Source of the DNA: an uncultured Gaiellales bacterium
Lineage (GTDB): Bacteria > Actinomycetota > Thermoleophilia > RBG-16-64-13
DNA: 64,000 nt
Direction: 5' to 3'
Assembly (NCBI GenBank): GCA_964592075.1
Contig: CAZQDY010000004.1
Span: forward strand, 16,527-80,526
The stretch's first letter is position 1. Every line of letters starts with the position of its first letter. The notes beneath the pieces are model-generated. The model did not search any database, was not told the origin of the DNA, and saw only the letters and a list, made by a program, of their open reading frames with translations. Of this stretch, positions 48,313 to 58,202 are shown in pieces. Position numbers and translations under genes: made by a program.

Positions 48313-50004
48313 ATGGGGCGCTTCTACATCACCACCCCTATCTACTACGTCAACGACGTGCCGCACATCGGGCACGCCTACACCACCGCCGCCGCGGACG
48401 TGGCGGCGAGGTTCCACCGCCAACTGGGCGACGATGTGTTCTTCCTCACCGGCACCGATGAGCACGGCACGAAGGTGGAGCAGGCGGCGGCCGCCCGGGG
48501 GCTGACGCCCAAAGAGCATGTGGACGAGGTGGTGGTCAAGTTCAGGGAAGTGGCGGCGAAAGTGGGGGCCAGCAACGACTTCTTCATCCGCACCACCGAC
48601 TCCGAGCACGAGCGGTACGTGCAGCAGTTCGTGCAGCGCTGCTACGATGCCGGCGATATCTACAAGAAGGCGTACTCGGGCCTCTACTGCCGGGCGTGCG
48701 AGGCCTACTACACCGAGGAGAACCTGGTAGACGGGCTCTGCCCCGACCACGGCACCGCCCCGGTGCTCATGGAAGAGGAGAACTACTTCTTCCGTCTATC
48801 CGCCTTCCAGGATCGTCTGGCGGCCCATTACCGGGACAACCAAGATTTCGTGCGCCCCAAGCACCGCTACAACGAAGCGCTGTCGTTCATCGAGCAGGGG
48901 CTGGACGATATCTCTATCTCCCGTTCCACGTTGAAGTGGGGCATCGGCGTACCATGGGACGAGACCCAGGTCATCTACGTGTGGGTGGATGCCCTCATCA
49001 ACTACATGAGCGCGCTGACCTACGCTCCCGGCCAAGATCTGTTCTCGCGTTTCTGGCCGGCGAGCTACCACCTCATGGCCCAGGACATCCTCAAGTTCCA
49101 CGGCGTGATCTGGCCGGCGCTGTTGATGTCGGCGGGGTATGAGCTGCCGGAGCATCTGTTCATCCACGGCTACCTGAAGCTCGGTGGAGAGAAGATGTCG
49201 AAGACGCGCGGGAATGTGATGGACCCCTTCCCGCTCATCGAGCAGTATGGGGCCGACGCGTTCAGGTTGTACTGCCTGCGTGAGGTGAGTTTCGGGCAGG
49301 ACGGCATGGTGAGCGAGGAGGGCTTCAAGGCCCGCTACAACAGTGAGCTGGCCAACGAACTCGGCAACCTGGTATCGCGGACCGCTTCCATGATCGGCAA
49401 GTACCGGGGCGGCGCGGTGCCCGCGCCGCCCCCCGGCTATGCCGACCCGCCGGAGTGTACCCACGCGCACCCAGGTTCACCGCTCGCCGTGGAGGCAACC
49501 GCGGCCTGTGCCGCGGTCCGCACCCAGCTCGAAGAGCTGGACCTGACGGCGGCCCTGGAGACCATCTGGACCTTCGTGCGCCGCCTGAATCGGTATGTCG
49601 AGGAGCAGGCGCCCTGGAAGCTGGCCAAGGAAGCGGCCGCCGAGGAGGCCGGGGCGGCCCCAGCGGCCCCTGGCGACGGCGGGACCGCCGGAGCGCCGGG
49701 CTTGGTCGCCGACAAGCCCGGCGCCGTCGGCCCTGGGCGGGGCGCCCTCCCGGGGCCGGCTACCGTCGCGCTAGACGCCACCCTGTGGGACCTGGCTGAG
49801 GGGCTGCGCCTTCTGTCGGTATTGCTCCACCCGTTCATGCCGCAGACGGCGATGGCCATCAGGGAGCGGCTGGGGTTGACCTCTGCCGGTTCTGCCTCCG
49901 ACACTGCGACCGGTCCGAGTTGGGACGAAGCGCGATGGGGACTGCTGGCGCCCGGTCTGAGGGTCACCGCGGGGGGCGCTCTGTTCCCCCGGATCGAGGA
50001 CTGA
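48313..50004 (+). CDS. metG: methionyl-tRNA synthetase (short form, with a low-complexity insertion in the C-terminal region)
   Basis: HIGH motif PYIGHAYT region (TTPIYYVNDVPHIGHAYT). KMSKS motif (GEKMSKTRGN). Ala/Gly/Pro-rich insertion near the C-terminus. Confidence 0.9.
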   Translation: MGRFYITTPIYYVNDVPHIGHAYTTAAADVAARFHRQLGDDVFFLTGTDEHGTKVEQAAAARGLTPKEHVDEVVVKFREVAAKVGASNDFFIRTTDSEHERYVQQFVQRCYDAGDIYKKAYSGLYCRACEAYYTEENLVDGLCPDHGTAPVLMEEENYFFRLSAFQDRLAAHYRDNQDFVRPKHRYNEALSFIEQGLDDISISRSTLKWGIGVPWDETQVIYVWVDALINYMSALTYAPGQDLFSRFWPASYHLMAQDILKFHGVIWPALLMSAGYELPEHLFIHGYLKLGGEKMSKTRGNVMDPFPLIEQYGADAFRLYCLREVSFGQDGMVSEEGFKARYNSELANELGNLVSRTASMIGKYRGGAVPAPPPGYADPPECTHAHPGSPLAVEATAACAAVRTQLEELDLTAALETIWTFVRRLNRYVEEQAPWKLAKEAAAEEAGAAPAAPGDGGTAGAPGLVADKPGAVGPGRGALPGPATVALDATLWDLAEGLRLLSVLLHPFMPQTAMAIRERLGLTSAGSASDTATGPSWDEARWGLLAPGLRVTAGGALFPRIED

Positions 50005-50012
50005 GGCTCTTG

Positions 50013-50116
50013 CACCGTGGAGTCTAAGGCCGTGAGCTCTCCCACCGTGGCCCCTCCCACCGTGGCCCCTCACGCCGTGAGCCCTTCACGCCGTGAGCCC
50101 CTCGCGCGGCGAGCCC
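50013..50116. repeat. imperfect tandem repeat of ~15-nt units (CCACCGTGGCCCCTC / CGCCGTGAGCCCYTC), 6-7 copies, between metG and tatD
   Basis: Read directly: caccgtggagtctaagg, ccgtgagctctcc, caccgtggcccctcc (x2), cgccgtgagcccttca, cgccgtgagcccctcg, cgcggcgagccc. Confidence 0.5.
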
Positions 50117-50168
50117 TTGGCTGTGCAGCGCTTCTCGGCCGGAGTCCCCTGAGGCTGGGGCCCGCCGG

Positions 50169-50939
50169 ATGCTGATCGACTCCCACACCCACCTCGATCA
50201 TTGCCAAGAGGACCCAGCCTGGTTGGTGGCCGACGCCACCGAAGCCGGCGTGGGGCTGATCATCCAGTCGGGCATCGATCTTAAGCGGTCCCGCCATTCA
50301 GTGGAGCTGGCCGAGCGGTTCCCACAGGTCTACGCCACCGTGGGGTTCCATCCGCACGAGGCGGGACACCTGGACGACGCGGGTCTCGCCGAGATGGAGG
50401 AGATGACCGCCCACCCACGCGTGGTCGCCGTGGGGGAGACCGGCTTCGACTACTACCACGATCACTGGCCGCACGGGGTGCAGGGGGAGGTGTTCGCCCA
50501 CCACATGGAGGTGGCTCGACGCGCCGGCCTGCCCGTCGTGGTGCATACGCGCGAGGCGGCCGCCGACACCCTCAAGTCTCTCGACAAGCACGGGGCCGGT
50601 TTGACCGTGATCCTGCATTGCTTCTCCCTGCCCGACAGGCTCGGCGAAGTGGTGGAGCGGGGCTACTACGTCAGCTTCGCCGGCAACGTGACCTACAAGA
50701 ACGCGATCCACCTGCAGGAGGCGGCCGGAAAGGTCCCGGCGCATCTTCTCCTTCTCGAGACCGACGCCCCCTGGCTGGCCCCCGTTCCTCTGCGCGGACG
50801 ACCCAGCCGCCCGGCCTTGGTGGCCACGACGTACGAGTTCGTGGCGGCGCTGCGAGGGGTGACGATGGAGGAGCTCGCCGCGCAGGTGGAGGCCAATGTG
50901 AGAGCGGCGTTCCAGCGCATCCCGCGCGCCGCGTCCTAG
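50169..50939 (+). CDS. tatD: TatD family metal-dependent DNase/hydrolase
   Basis: MLIDSHTHLD...GETGFDYYH...VVHTREA...LLLETDAPWL. Confidence 0.85.
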   Translation: MLIDSHTHLDHCQEDPAWLVADATEAGVGLIIQSGIDLKRSRHSVELAERFPQVYATVGFHPHEAGHLDDAGLAEMEEMTAHPRVVAVGETGFDYYHDHWPHGVQGEVFAHHMEVARRAGLPVVVHTREAAADTLKSLDKHGAGLTVILHCFSLPDRLGEVVERGYYVSFAGNVTYKNAIHLQEAAGKVPAHLLLLETDAPWLAPVPLRGRPSRPALVATTYEFVAALRGVTMEELAAQVEANVRAAFQRIPRAAS

Positions 50940-50952
50940 AACGGCGGCGGCG

Positions 50953-51825
50953 ATGGACCCTGCGGAGCGGGAGGACCCGGTCGCCGCTTCCCGCCTGCGC
51001 CAGGTCTCTCTGGCCCGGTTGACGCAGTTCGGCATAACTCCGAAGCGTGACCTGGGGCAGAACTTCCTCATCGACGACAACATCCTGGGAGTCATCCTCG
51101 GCCAGCTCGAGTGCCGGTCCGACGACGTGGTGCTCGAGGTGGGCGCGGGTCTGGGCGTCCTCACTGCGGCGCTGGCCAAAGCGGCGCGGCACGTGCACGC
51201 CTTCGAGATCGACCGGAGTCTGGAGCCTGCCCTCGTGGCCACGCTGGGTGGCGGCGGTAATGTGGATCTCCACTTCCGGGATGTCCTCAAGAGCTCCGTG
51301 GAAGAGCTGGATCCGCCCCCGACTCTCTGCGCCAGCAATCTCCCCTACTCTGTGGCGGGGCCGTTCATGATCGAGGCTCTGCAGCGGCTGCCCGGCATAC
51401 GCCGCTACTGCGTGATGGTGCAGCGGGAAGTCGCCGAGCGGATGGCCGCGGCCCCGGGCGGCAAGACCTACGGGGTGCTCTCGGTCTGGGTGCAGCTGTA
51501 CACCGAGGTCGTCAAGGTCCGCACGCTCTCGCGGTCCATCTTCTTCCCTCAGCCGAACGTGGACTCCAGCCTGGTGGTTCTCGGCCGGCTTCCCGCTGAA
51601 CAGTGGCCCATGACCGACCCCGCCTGTCTGCGGGCGGTGATCCAGGCTGCGTTCGGTCAGCGGCGGAAGATGCTCGCTAACTCGCTGGCCGCGGGCCTCC
51701 GGATCCCCCGAGAGGAAGCGCTTGGACTGGTCCGCATGCTCGATCTACCCGTCGATGTGCGAGCCGAACGCCTGACCCCTCGGCAGTTCGCTCAGATCGC
51801 CGAGCATCTGGCGAGCGAAGCCTGA
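50953..51825 (+). CDS. rsmA: 16S rRNA (adenine1518-N6/adenine1519-N6)-dimethyltransferase
   Basis: GQNFLIDDNIL, LEVGAGLGVLT, NLPYSV motifs. Confidence 0.9.
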   Translation: MDPAEREDPVAASRLRQVSLARLTQFGITPKRDLGQNFLIDDNILGVILGQLECRSDDVVLEVGAGLGVLTAALAKAARHVHAFEIDRSLEPALVATLGGGGNVDLHFRDVLKSSVEELDPPPTLCASNLPYSVAGPFMIEALQRLPGIRRYCVMVQREVAERMAAAPGGKTYGVLSVWVQLYTEVVKVRTLSRSIFFPQPNVDSSLVVLGRLPAEQWPMTDPACLRAVIQAAFGQRRKMLANSLAAGLRIPREEALGLVRMLDLPVDVRAERLTPRQFAQIAEHLASEA

Positions 51826-51948
51826 GCGGCCCATCGAAACGGCAGTTGCACCGGTCGCCTGTGGAATAGATCCAAAAGACCAAAGGGACTAAAGAAACAC
51901 CTCCAGGGTGCCGATATCGAGGTATCGACTCTCGATTGGAGGTACACC

Positions 51949-52605
51949 GTGGGAATAGGATCCAGTCGTAAGCCTCGATGTGTCGGCGCGATCGCGACCT
52001 ATCTCAATGCGGGACTTTGGGGATCTCGCTTCGTGGGCGATTGCGAGGTGAGCACGAACGGGGAGCGTGTCTGGCTCAAAGGCCGCCGGGTGCCGGCCTG
52101 GATGGCCTGGGCGCGCGTTCTCAGCTATGTGGCGTTTCTTCCGGTGGCGTTCTTCACCGGTGTGTTGCTTGGCGAGACTCTTCTCGGTCACAGGGGTTAT
52201 CCCCCATATTACTACCTTGCGTCCCTTCTCTTGACCTTCCTGCTCGTTGTTCTCGGCATGTGGGGAGCGGGCATCTGGCACACCACCATGGGGTCCTATG
52301 AGGCCGTGTCGTGGCCCGTGGCGCGGGGGCGCGAACTAGGGCTGGGGCCCGCCCGCAAGGAGCGGGGCCGTCGCACGCTCTGGGCCACGCTGAACAGCTT
52401 CATCCGCTTCAATAGAAGGATGATCCAGGTGGAGGTGCCCATCGGACCGAACGGCAAGCCGAGACGGCTGATCCTCAGAGCGAGGGACACGGAGCTTCAA
52501 TCGCTCATGCTGGTGTTGTCGGGTACCTACTACGGGCCCGTGCGCCAGGAGGCGCTCCACCTCATGGACGAGGTAGCTGACCCCTGGTCCTGGAGCCGCA
52601 ACTAG
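51949..52605 (+). CDS. hypothetical membrane protein (two predicted TM helices)
   Basis: ORF only; hydrophobic helices VLSYVAFLPVAFFTGVLLG and LASLLLTFLLVVLGMWGAGIW. No recognisable domain. Start uncertain. Confidence 0.35.
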   Translation: MGIGSSRKPRCVGAIATYLNAGLWGSRFVGDCEVSTNGERVWLKGRRVPAWMAWARVLSYVAFLPVAFFTGVLLGETLLGHRGYPPYYYLASLLLTFLLVVLGMWGAGIWHTTMGSYEAVSWPVARGRELGLGPARKERGRRTLWATLNSFIRFNRRMIQVEVPIGPNGKPRRLILRARDTELQSLMLVLSGTYYGPVRQEALHLMDEVADPWSWSRN

Positions 52606-52679
52606 CCCGGCCCGTCACTCGCGACAGCAGAGGCAGGACGCTCCCGTCCCCGGGGCCGTCCTGGAAGCGAGAATCGTGC

Positions 52680-52710
52680 GGCCCGCCTCACCGGCGGGCC
52701 TTCTCGTCTC
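52680..52710 (+). terminator. intrinsic terminator-like hairpin GGCCCGCC-tcacc-GGCGGGCC followed by TTCTCGTCTC
   Basis: 8-bp GC stem with 5-nt loop and a T-rich tail, 75 nt after the preceding stop codon. Confidence 0.45.
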
Positions 52711-52745
52711 TCGGGCGGCACGTCCTCGGCCGGAGGTCGAAGAAT

Positions 52746-52767
52746 TTATCCCAACTTTATCCCAACT
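52746..52767 (+). repeat. tandem direct repeat TTTATCCCAAC x2 followed by a TATCCT -10-like hexamer (52773-52778) upstream of the NEW3/ABC operon
   Basis: Read directly (tttatcccaactttatcccaactgaggtatcct). AT-rich island in an otherwise GC-rich intergenic region. Confidence 0.4.
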
Positions 52768-52835
52768 GAGGTATCCTACGTCCGCGCCACACATGGGAGA
52801 GGGGCATCGAACGTTGTGGGGCTCCAGTAGTCATC

Positions 52836-54047
52836 GTGCGCCGGAGGTTGCTCAATATGCTGTCCTTGACTCGTAGGGCGTTAAGCCGCAGTCGTGTGAT
52901 GGTCGCCGTGGCGGGCGGCTTGGCGTTCTCGCTGGTCGTCCTATTCGTGCTTTTCGGGGGGGCCGGGTCTGCGTCGGCCACCACTTTGACGACCCCTTAC
53001 CCGGCGATGACCGTCCAGGCCGGGCAGACGGTCGGTGTCGACGTGTCCATCACCGACACCGTAGCCCAGCGTCTGGACCTGTCCCTGCAGGGTGTCCCGA
53101 GCGGGTGGTCGGCCACCATCCAGGGTGGAGGCCGTCCGGTGTCCGCCGTCATGACCGACCCTGAGGACAAATCGTCGCTCAAGGTGCAGGTGGAGATCCC
53201 GGCGGATGCTGAAGAAGGCACCAAGACGATCACGCTGACGGCCCGTGCCGGAGCGACCACGGTCTCACTCCCCATCGCGCTCACGGTGAGCGAGGTCGAG
53301 GGCGGTACGACCGAACTCACCGCCGAATACGGCTCCCTCCGCGGCCCGGCCACCGCCACGTACACCTTCACGCTCACGTTGACCAACAACACCCTTGAGG
53401 AGCGCACGTACAACCTTAGCGCCAGCGGCCCCGAGGCCTGGGCGCTCTCGCTGACCCCGTCCGGCGCCACGCAGGAGACCCCGACCATCAGCATCGACTC
53501 CCAGGGGTCGCAGAAGCTGAACCTCAAGGTCACTCCTCGCTCCAACGTGGAGATGGGCGTCTACAACGTGGCCGTTACGGCATCGGGCGGAGGAGAGACT
53601 GTCACGGTGCCTCTGCAGGTGGAGATAACGGGCACCTACACCCTCAGCCTCACCACACCGGATGGCAACCTGAACGCGGACGTGAAGGCCGGCGACGTCA
53701 CCAGGGTCCCGTTCGTCCTCACCAACAGTGGCACCGGGCCGCTGCAGGACATCAAGCTGTCGGCGAGCCCGCCCGCCAACTGGCAGGTCACCTTCGAGCC
53801 GCGCACTATCGACGTGCTCGAGGCCAATTCGCGTCTGGATGTTACGGCGGTGTTCACGCCGGCCGAGAACGCCATCGCGGGCGACTACGTCGTCACTCTC
53901 AGGGCCGACGCCGACCAGGCCAACGCCAGCTCCGACATCCGCGTGACGGTCAAGACCTCCACGCTCTGGGGAGTCATCGGGGTCCTGATCGCCATCGCGG
54001 CCATAGCCATACTGGGGTTCGTCTTCCGCCGCTACGGGCACCGCTGA
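52836..54047 (+). CDS. NEW3-domain (COG1470-like) cell-surface protein with N-terminal signal/TM and C-terminal TM anchor
   Basis: Signal-like N-terminus. Repeated beta-sandwich segments rich in T/S/V. C-terminal [20 protein letters not shown] followed by RRYGHR. Co-located with ABC ATPase and ABC-2 permease, as is typical for this family. Confidence 0.6.
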   Translation: MRRRLLNMLSLTRRALSRSRVMVAVAGGLAFSLVVLFVLFGGAGSASATTLTTPYPAMTVQAGQTVGVDVSITDTVAQRLDLSLQGVPSGWSATIQGGGRPVSAVMTDPEDKSSLKVQVEIPADAEEGTKTITLTARAGATTVSLPIALTVSEVEGGTTELTAEYGSLRGPATATYTFTLTLTNNTLEERTYNLSASGPEAWALSLTPSGATQETPTISIDSQGSQKLNLKVTPRSNVEMGVYNVAVTASGGGETVTVPLQVEITGTYTLSLTTPDGNLNADVKAGDVTRVPFVLTNSGTGPLQDIKLSASPPANWQVTFEPRTIDVLEANSRLDVTAVFTPAENAIAGDYVVTLRADADQANASSDIRVTVKTSTLWGVIGVLIAIAAIAILGFVFRRYGHR

Positions 54048-54055
54048 GATCTCAG

Positions 54056-55099
54056 ATGGGCGACGTGGTCGAAAGAAAAGCGGACCGCGAGGTGCGTGAG
54101 ATGCCTGATGATAATGGTGGGCCGGTGATCGTCGCGTCGGGCTTGACCAAGAGGTACGGCGATTTCACGGCGGTCGACGGACTGGATCTCGAGATACAGA
54201 GGGGCGAGATATTCGGTCTGCTGGGGCCGAACGGCGCCGGGAAGACCACCACCATCCTCATGCTGCTCGGGCTCACGGAACCCACGGAGGGCACTGTGCG
54301 GGTGGCCGGTTACGATTCCGTCCGCGACCCGCTGAGCGTCAAATCCATTGTCGGATACCTGCCGGACAACGTCGGCTTCTACCCCAACATGACCGGCAGG
54401 CAGAACCTGCGGTACACCGCATCGCTCAATCGCATCCCCCGTAAGGTGGCCGAAGAGCGGATCGAGGCGCTACTCGCGGACGTGGGCCTGAACGAGGCGG
54501 CCGACAAGCGGGCCGGTAAGTACTCCCGGGGCATGCGGCAACGTCTTGCCGTCGCGGATGCTTTGATCAAGCATCCGACCGTGCTGATCCTGGACGAGCC
54601 GACCATCGGCATCGACCCCGAGGGCGTGCGCGACATGCTGGCCATGCTCGCATGGCTGCGGGACGAAGAGGGTATGACCATCCTCTTGTCCTCACACCTG
54701 TTGCACCAGGTCCAAGAGGTCTGCGACCGGGTGGGAATCTTCGTCGGCGGCCATCTCATCGCCGCGGGGCCGGTCCCCGAGCTCGAGCGCCAACTGGCCG
54801 AGAGCGGCGATCTGGAGTACGAAGTCACGGCCGTCGCGTCGGACGGCCGGCAGGTGGACGGCGCGACTCTCGAGAAGCTGGCTGATTCCCTGAAGTCGGT
54901 GGACGGCGTCCAGGACGTCACATCCGAGCGCGGGACCCTGAGCGTGCGTAGTCGGCGTGACGTGCGTGCCGAGGTCGCCAAAGCCGTTGTCGCGCAGGAT
55001 CTGTTGCCCGTCCATCTCAGGCAGCGGGGCCTGAGTCTCGACGACATCTACGAACGCTACTTCCAAGAGGGAGCCGAAGCCGATCATGCCTCAGCCTAA
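54056..55099 (+). CDS. ABC transporter ATP-binding protein
   Basis: Walker [10 protein letters not shown], signature LSGGMRQRL-like ([12 protein letters not shown]), Walker B LILDEPT. Start 54056 or 54101. Confidence 0.85.
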   Translation: MGDVVERKADREVREMPDDNGGPVIVASGLTKRYGDFTAVDGLDLEIQRGEIFGLLGPNGAGKTTTILMLLGLTEPTEGTVRVAGYDSVRDPLSVKSIVGYLPDNVGFYPNMTGRQNLRYTASLNRIPRKVAEERIEALLADVGLNEAADKRAGKYSRGMRQRLAVADALIKHPTVLILDEPTIGIDPEGVRDMLAMLAWLRDEEGMTILLSSHLLHQVQEVCDRVGIFVGGHLIAAGPVPELERQLAESGDLEYEVTAVASDGRQVDGATLEKLADSLKSVDGVQDVTSERGTLSVRSRRDVRAEVAKAVVAQDLLPVHLRQRGLSLDDIYERYFQEGAEADHASA

Positions 55100-56123
55100 C
55101 GGAACAGTAGCAGTAGCGGAGGGGGGAGGCGGCGTCTCCCCGAGCGCCGGGCGCGTCTCGAAGCCTCGAGGGCGGTTCTTCCCGGTGGGCATAGGGCCGG
55201 TGGCGAGGAAAGAACTGGCCGATCACCTGTCGGGACTGCGTTTCGGCATCCTTTTGGTGCTGATCGGAGTGACCTGCCTGGCTGCGGTATACGCAGCGAG
55301 TTCGTCCATCAGGGAGGCCGTGTCCCAAGCGCAGACTTTCGAGTTCGCCTTCTTGAACCTGTTCACCTCGTCTGGGGAGAACCTGCCCTCGTTCGTCAGC
55401 TTCATCACCTTCTTGGCGCCTTTGCTCGGCATCGCACTGGGTTTCGACGCTCTCAACAGCGAGCGTTCCCAGGGCACGCTGAGCCGCTTGGTGTCGCAGC
55501 CCATCCATCGTGACGCCGTTCTGCAGGGCAAGTTCGTGGCGGGGCTCGGAGTGGTCGGCCTGGCGCTCACGGCCCTGGTGGTGATCGTGGCCGGTCTGGG
55601 CATAGTGCTTCTGGGCACTACCCCCTCGTTGGAGGAAGTGGGGCGGTTGGTGGCCTTCATCATCGTCACCGCCATCTACGTAGGCTTCTGGCTGGCTCTT
55701 GCCCAGTTGTTCTCGGTGCTCTTCAAGCAGGCCGCGACATCGGCGCTGGCCTCCATAGCCGTCTGGTTGTTCTTCGCCATCTTCGCCAGCCTGATCGTGG
55801 GGCTGGTCGTCGACGCGGTCGCGCCGGCGGGCGAGGGGGCCACGAATGCGGAGTTGATCCGCCACGAGGAACTGTCCGACGATCTGAACAGGATCTCGCC
55901 CTCCACACTCTACGACGAGGCCACGACTGCGCTCCTCAACCCGAGCGTGCGCTCACTGGGCGTTCTCGTGTATGAGCAGATCGACAGGGCGGTGGTCGGT
56001 CCCCTCAGCTTCGGCCAGAGCCTGGTGCTGGTCTGGCCACAGATCATCTCGTTGATCGGCTGCGTGCTGCTGTTCTTCACGGTGGCATACATACTCTTCA
56101 TGCGGGAGGAGATCAGGGCCTAG
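55086..56123 (+). CDS. ABC-2 type transporter permease
   Basis: Six or more predicted TM helices. Overlaps the ATPase gene by 14 nt. Confidence 0.7.
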   Translation: MPQPNGTVAVAEGGGGVSPSAGRVSKPRGRFFPVGIGPVARKELADHLSGLRFGILLVLIGVTCLAAVYAASSSIREAVSQAQTFEFAFLNLFTSSGENLPSFVSFITFLAPLLGIALGFDALNSERSQGTLSRLVSQPIHRDAVLQGKFVAGLGVVGLALTALVVIVAGLGIVLLGTTPSLEEVGRLVAFIIVTAIYVGFWLALAQLFSVLFKQAATSALASIAVWLFFAIFASLIVGLVVDAVAPAGEGATNAELIRHEELSDDLNRISPSTLYDEATTALLNPSVRSLGVLVYEQIDRAVVGPLSFGQSLVLVWPQIISLIGCVLLFFTVAYILFMREEIRA

Positions 56124-56275
56124 GGGCCGGGTCGCCTTGCGGCGAAGGTGCAATGTCTGCCGTGTGAGTAGACGTTGTCGTCGGAGCCCGTTTGCAGTTT
56201 GCCGCGTGTCGCTTCATCATTGAGTGGGTATTGCTCGTCCCACGGTGTGCGAACTGCATGGGCAAGGAGGGCCGC

Positions 56276-57214
56276 ATGATCGATGTGAGGAAGCGGACGC
56301 CGGCCAAGGTCAACCTGAGCCTTCTGGTGGGACCGAAAGGCGACGACGGCAATCACGAGATCTTCACCGTCTTCGCCCCGGTGGACGTCTACGACGATAT
56401 CGAGATCTCCCTCGAAGCCCGGCAGGGAGAGGGCCCCGGGGAACTGCGCGTGGAGTGCAGGACGGCCCCCGGAGAGAACAACCTGGCGGCCCAGGCGCTG
56501 CGGACTCTGGAGCGCCTGACCGGCTGGAGCCTCAGCGGCCGCTTGGCCATCCACAAGGGTATCCCCGTGGGCGCCGGCCTGGGAGGAGGCAGCTCCGACG
56601 CGGCTGCGACCCTCATGGTGGGTGTGGAGGCCCTGGCCGAGGCCGGGGGACCGCTGCTGGATGATGCCCAACTCGTGGCCATCGCCAGGTCGCTTGGAGC
56701 CGACGTATCCTTCTTCCTGGATCCTCTGCCGGCGATTGGAAGGGGGATCGGGGAACTCCTCGAGCCTCTTGATCTCCCAGGACTTCACTTGGTCCTGGTG
56801 TTCTTCGACAGGATGCTCTCGACTGCGCGTGTGTACCGGGAGTTCGACTCCAAGCAGCTTCCGGCCACGCGCTCGATGTTCGAGTTCAAGGCGGGGCAGG
56901 CCGAGAAACGGTGGCGCCAGGTGACCGATGTCGCCCAGGTGGCGCGCCTGCTGGAGAACGACCTCGAACGTGCCAGCTTCAGCCTCATCCCTTCGTTGGT
57001 CTCGGATCGGGAGATACTCATAAGAGAAGGCGCCGTCGGTGCTCTGATGAGCGGTTCGGGCCCCACTCTCTTCGCGCTCTCTGCATCGGCCGACAAGGCC
57101 AAGGAGCTGGCAGAAAGGTTGATGGTACGAGGCTTCAATGCCAGGGCGGCCAAGGTCATCGGCCGGGGCGGCGAGGAGCCCGCCGGGGCCTCGCGGGGCG
57201 CGCGGCTTTCTTGA
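56276..57214 (+). CDS. ispE: 4-diphosphocytidyl-2-C-methyl-D-erythritol kinase with C-terminal extension
   Basis: PAKVNLSL, GHMP-kinase motif IPVGAGLGGGSSDAAA. RBS AAGGAGGG 5 nt before the ATG. The ORF track adds 28 upstream codons. Confidence 0.85.
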   Translation: MIDVRKRTPAKVNLSLLVGPKGDDGNHEIFTVFAPVDVYDDIEISLEARQGEGPGELRVECRTAPGENNLAAQALRTLERLTGWSLSGRLAIHKGIPVGAGLGGGSSDAAATLMVGVEALAEAGGPLLDDAQLVAIARSLGADVSFFLDPLPAIGRGIGELLEPLDLPGLHLVLVFFDRMLSTARVYREFDSKQLPATRSMFEFKAGQAEKRWRQVTDVAQVARLLENDLERASFSLIPSLVSDREILIREGAVGALMSGSGPTLFALSASADKAKELAERLMVRGFNARAAKVIGRGGEEPAGASRGARLS

Positions 57215-57279
57215 CACCCTTTTGCGGCCTGACCTATACTTCCAAGGCTCTTGGGGCATGACCTCAGAGTCGGAGGCGA

Positions 57280-57351
57280 TGGGGCGTGGCCAAGTGGTAA
57301 GGCAACGGGTTTTGGTCCCGTCATTCGTAGGTTCGAATCCTGCCGCCCCAG
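57280..57351 (+). tRNA. tRNA-Gln (anticodon TTG)
   Basis: Cloverleaf folded by hand: acceptor TGGGGCG/CGCCCCA with U1-A72 pair, D-arm GCC...GGC, anticodon stem ACGGG/CCCGT with loop TTTTGGT, T-arm GTAGG-TTCGAAT-CCTGC. CCA not encoded. Confidence 0.8.
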
Positions 57352-57393
57352 CTTTCTCCTCATCTCCATGGCTCCACTGGGGTACGTATCAGG

Positions 57394-58161
57394 GTGACTT
57401 CTGACATCGGCAGTGTCGTCGTGCTGGCCGCGGGCCAGGGCAAACGCATGAGATCGAAGCTCCCTAAGGTGCTCCATCAGGTGTGCGGCCGCCCGATGCT
57501 CCTCTACGTGCTCGATGCCGTCCGAGCGGTCGGCGCCGAGCGGATCGTGGTCGTGCTGGGGCACGGTCACGAACAGGTGTCGCCCATCGTTCCTCCCGAC
57601 TGCGTCGTCGCGCTTCAGGAGCGGCAGTTGGGCACAGGTCATGCCGTGCTGGCGGCTGCCGCCGACATCCTGCCGGGGGCCTTTCTCGTGCTTCCCGGGG
57701 ACACTCCCCTGGTCACGGGTGAAGCGCTGTGGGAGTTGGTCCGCGATCATGTGGAGTCGGGCGCGTCGGCGACCGTCCTCACCATGGAGTTGGACGACCC
57801 GACGGGCTACGGGCGCATCGTGCGCGATGCGGCCGGGTCAGTGGTCTCCATCGTGGAGCATCGAGACGCCGACCCCGACCAGTTGACCATACGGGAGCTC
57901 AACAGCGGCATGTACGTGCTCACCGCTCCCCTCGCCCTGGAGGTGCTGGCCCAGGTGGGGGCGGAGAACGACCAGAGTGAGATCTACCTGACCGACGTCA
58001 TAGCCGGCCTGCGAGACCGGGGGGCGAGGGTGGGGGCGTCGAAGATCGGCGATGCTTCGCTGGTGCTCGGCGTGAACTCCCAGGAGGAGTTGGCGACGGC
58101 CGGCCTCATCATGAAGACGCGTCTCGACGCGCAGCGCGGGACGGGCTTCCGCGAACAGTGA
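57394..58161 (+). CDS. glmU: GlmU-like sugar-1-phosphate uridylyltransferase, N-terminal domain only (255 aa); the C-terminal left-handed beta-helix acetyltransferase domain is absent
   Basis: LAAGQGKRMRSKLPKVLH and GTGHAVL motifs of the GlmU pyrophosphorylase domain. Protein ends in the interdomain linker region. prs starts 42 nt later. Confidence 0.75.
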   Translation: MTSDIGSVVVLAAGQGKRMRSKLPKVLHQVCGRPMLLYVLDAVRAVGAERIVVVLGHGHEQVSPIVPPDCVVALQERQLGTGHAVLAAAADILPGAFLVLPGDTPLVTGEALWELVRDHVESGASATVLTMELDDPTGYGRIVRDAAGSVVSIVEHRDADPDQLTIRELNSGMYVLTAPLALEVLAQVGAENDQSEIYLTDVIAGLRDRGARVGASKIGDASLVLGVNSQEELATAGLIMKTRLDAQRGTGFREQ

Positions 58162-58202
58162 TACCGTACGGGATGCAGCTAGAGGACAAGGAGGAGCAGG
58201 GC

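Noticed and set aside
50013-50116. CRISPR array
   Set aside because: The repeats are ~15 nt and directly abutting, with no spacers. No cas genes are present in the window.
51889-52281. 130-aa minus-strand ORF in the low-GC region after rsmA
   Set aside because: It overlaps the plus-strand hypothetical membrane-protein ORF, contains no recognisable domains, and begins inside an AT-rich promoter-like stretch.
57138-57404. 88-aa ORF overlapping the tRNA-Gln
   Set aside because: It overlaps a well-folded tRNA and the ispE 3' end, and it has no RBS or coding signature.
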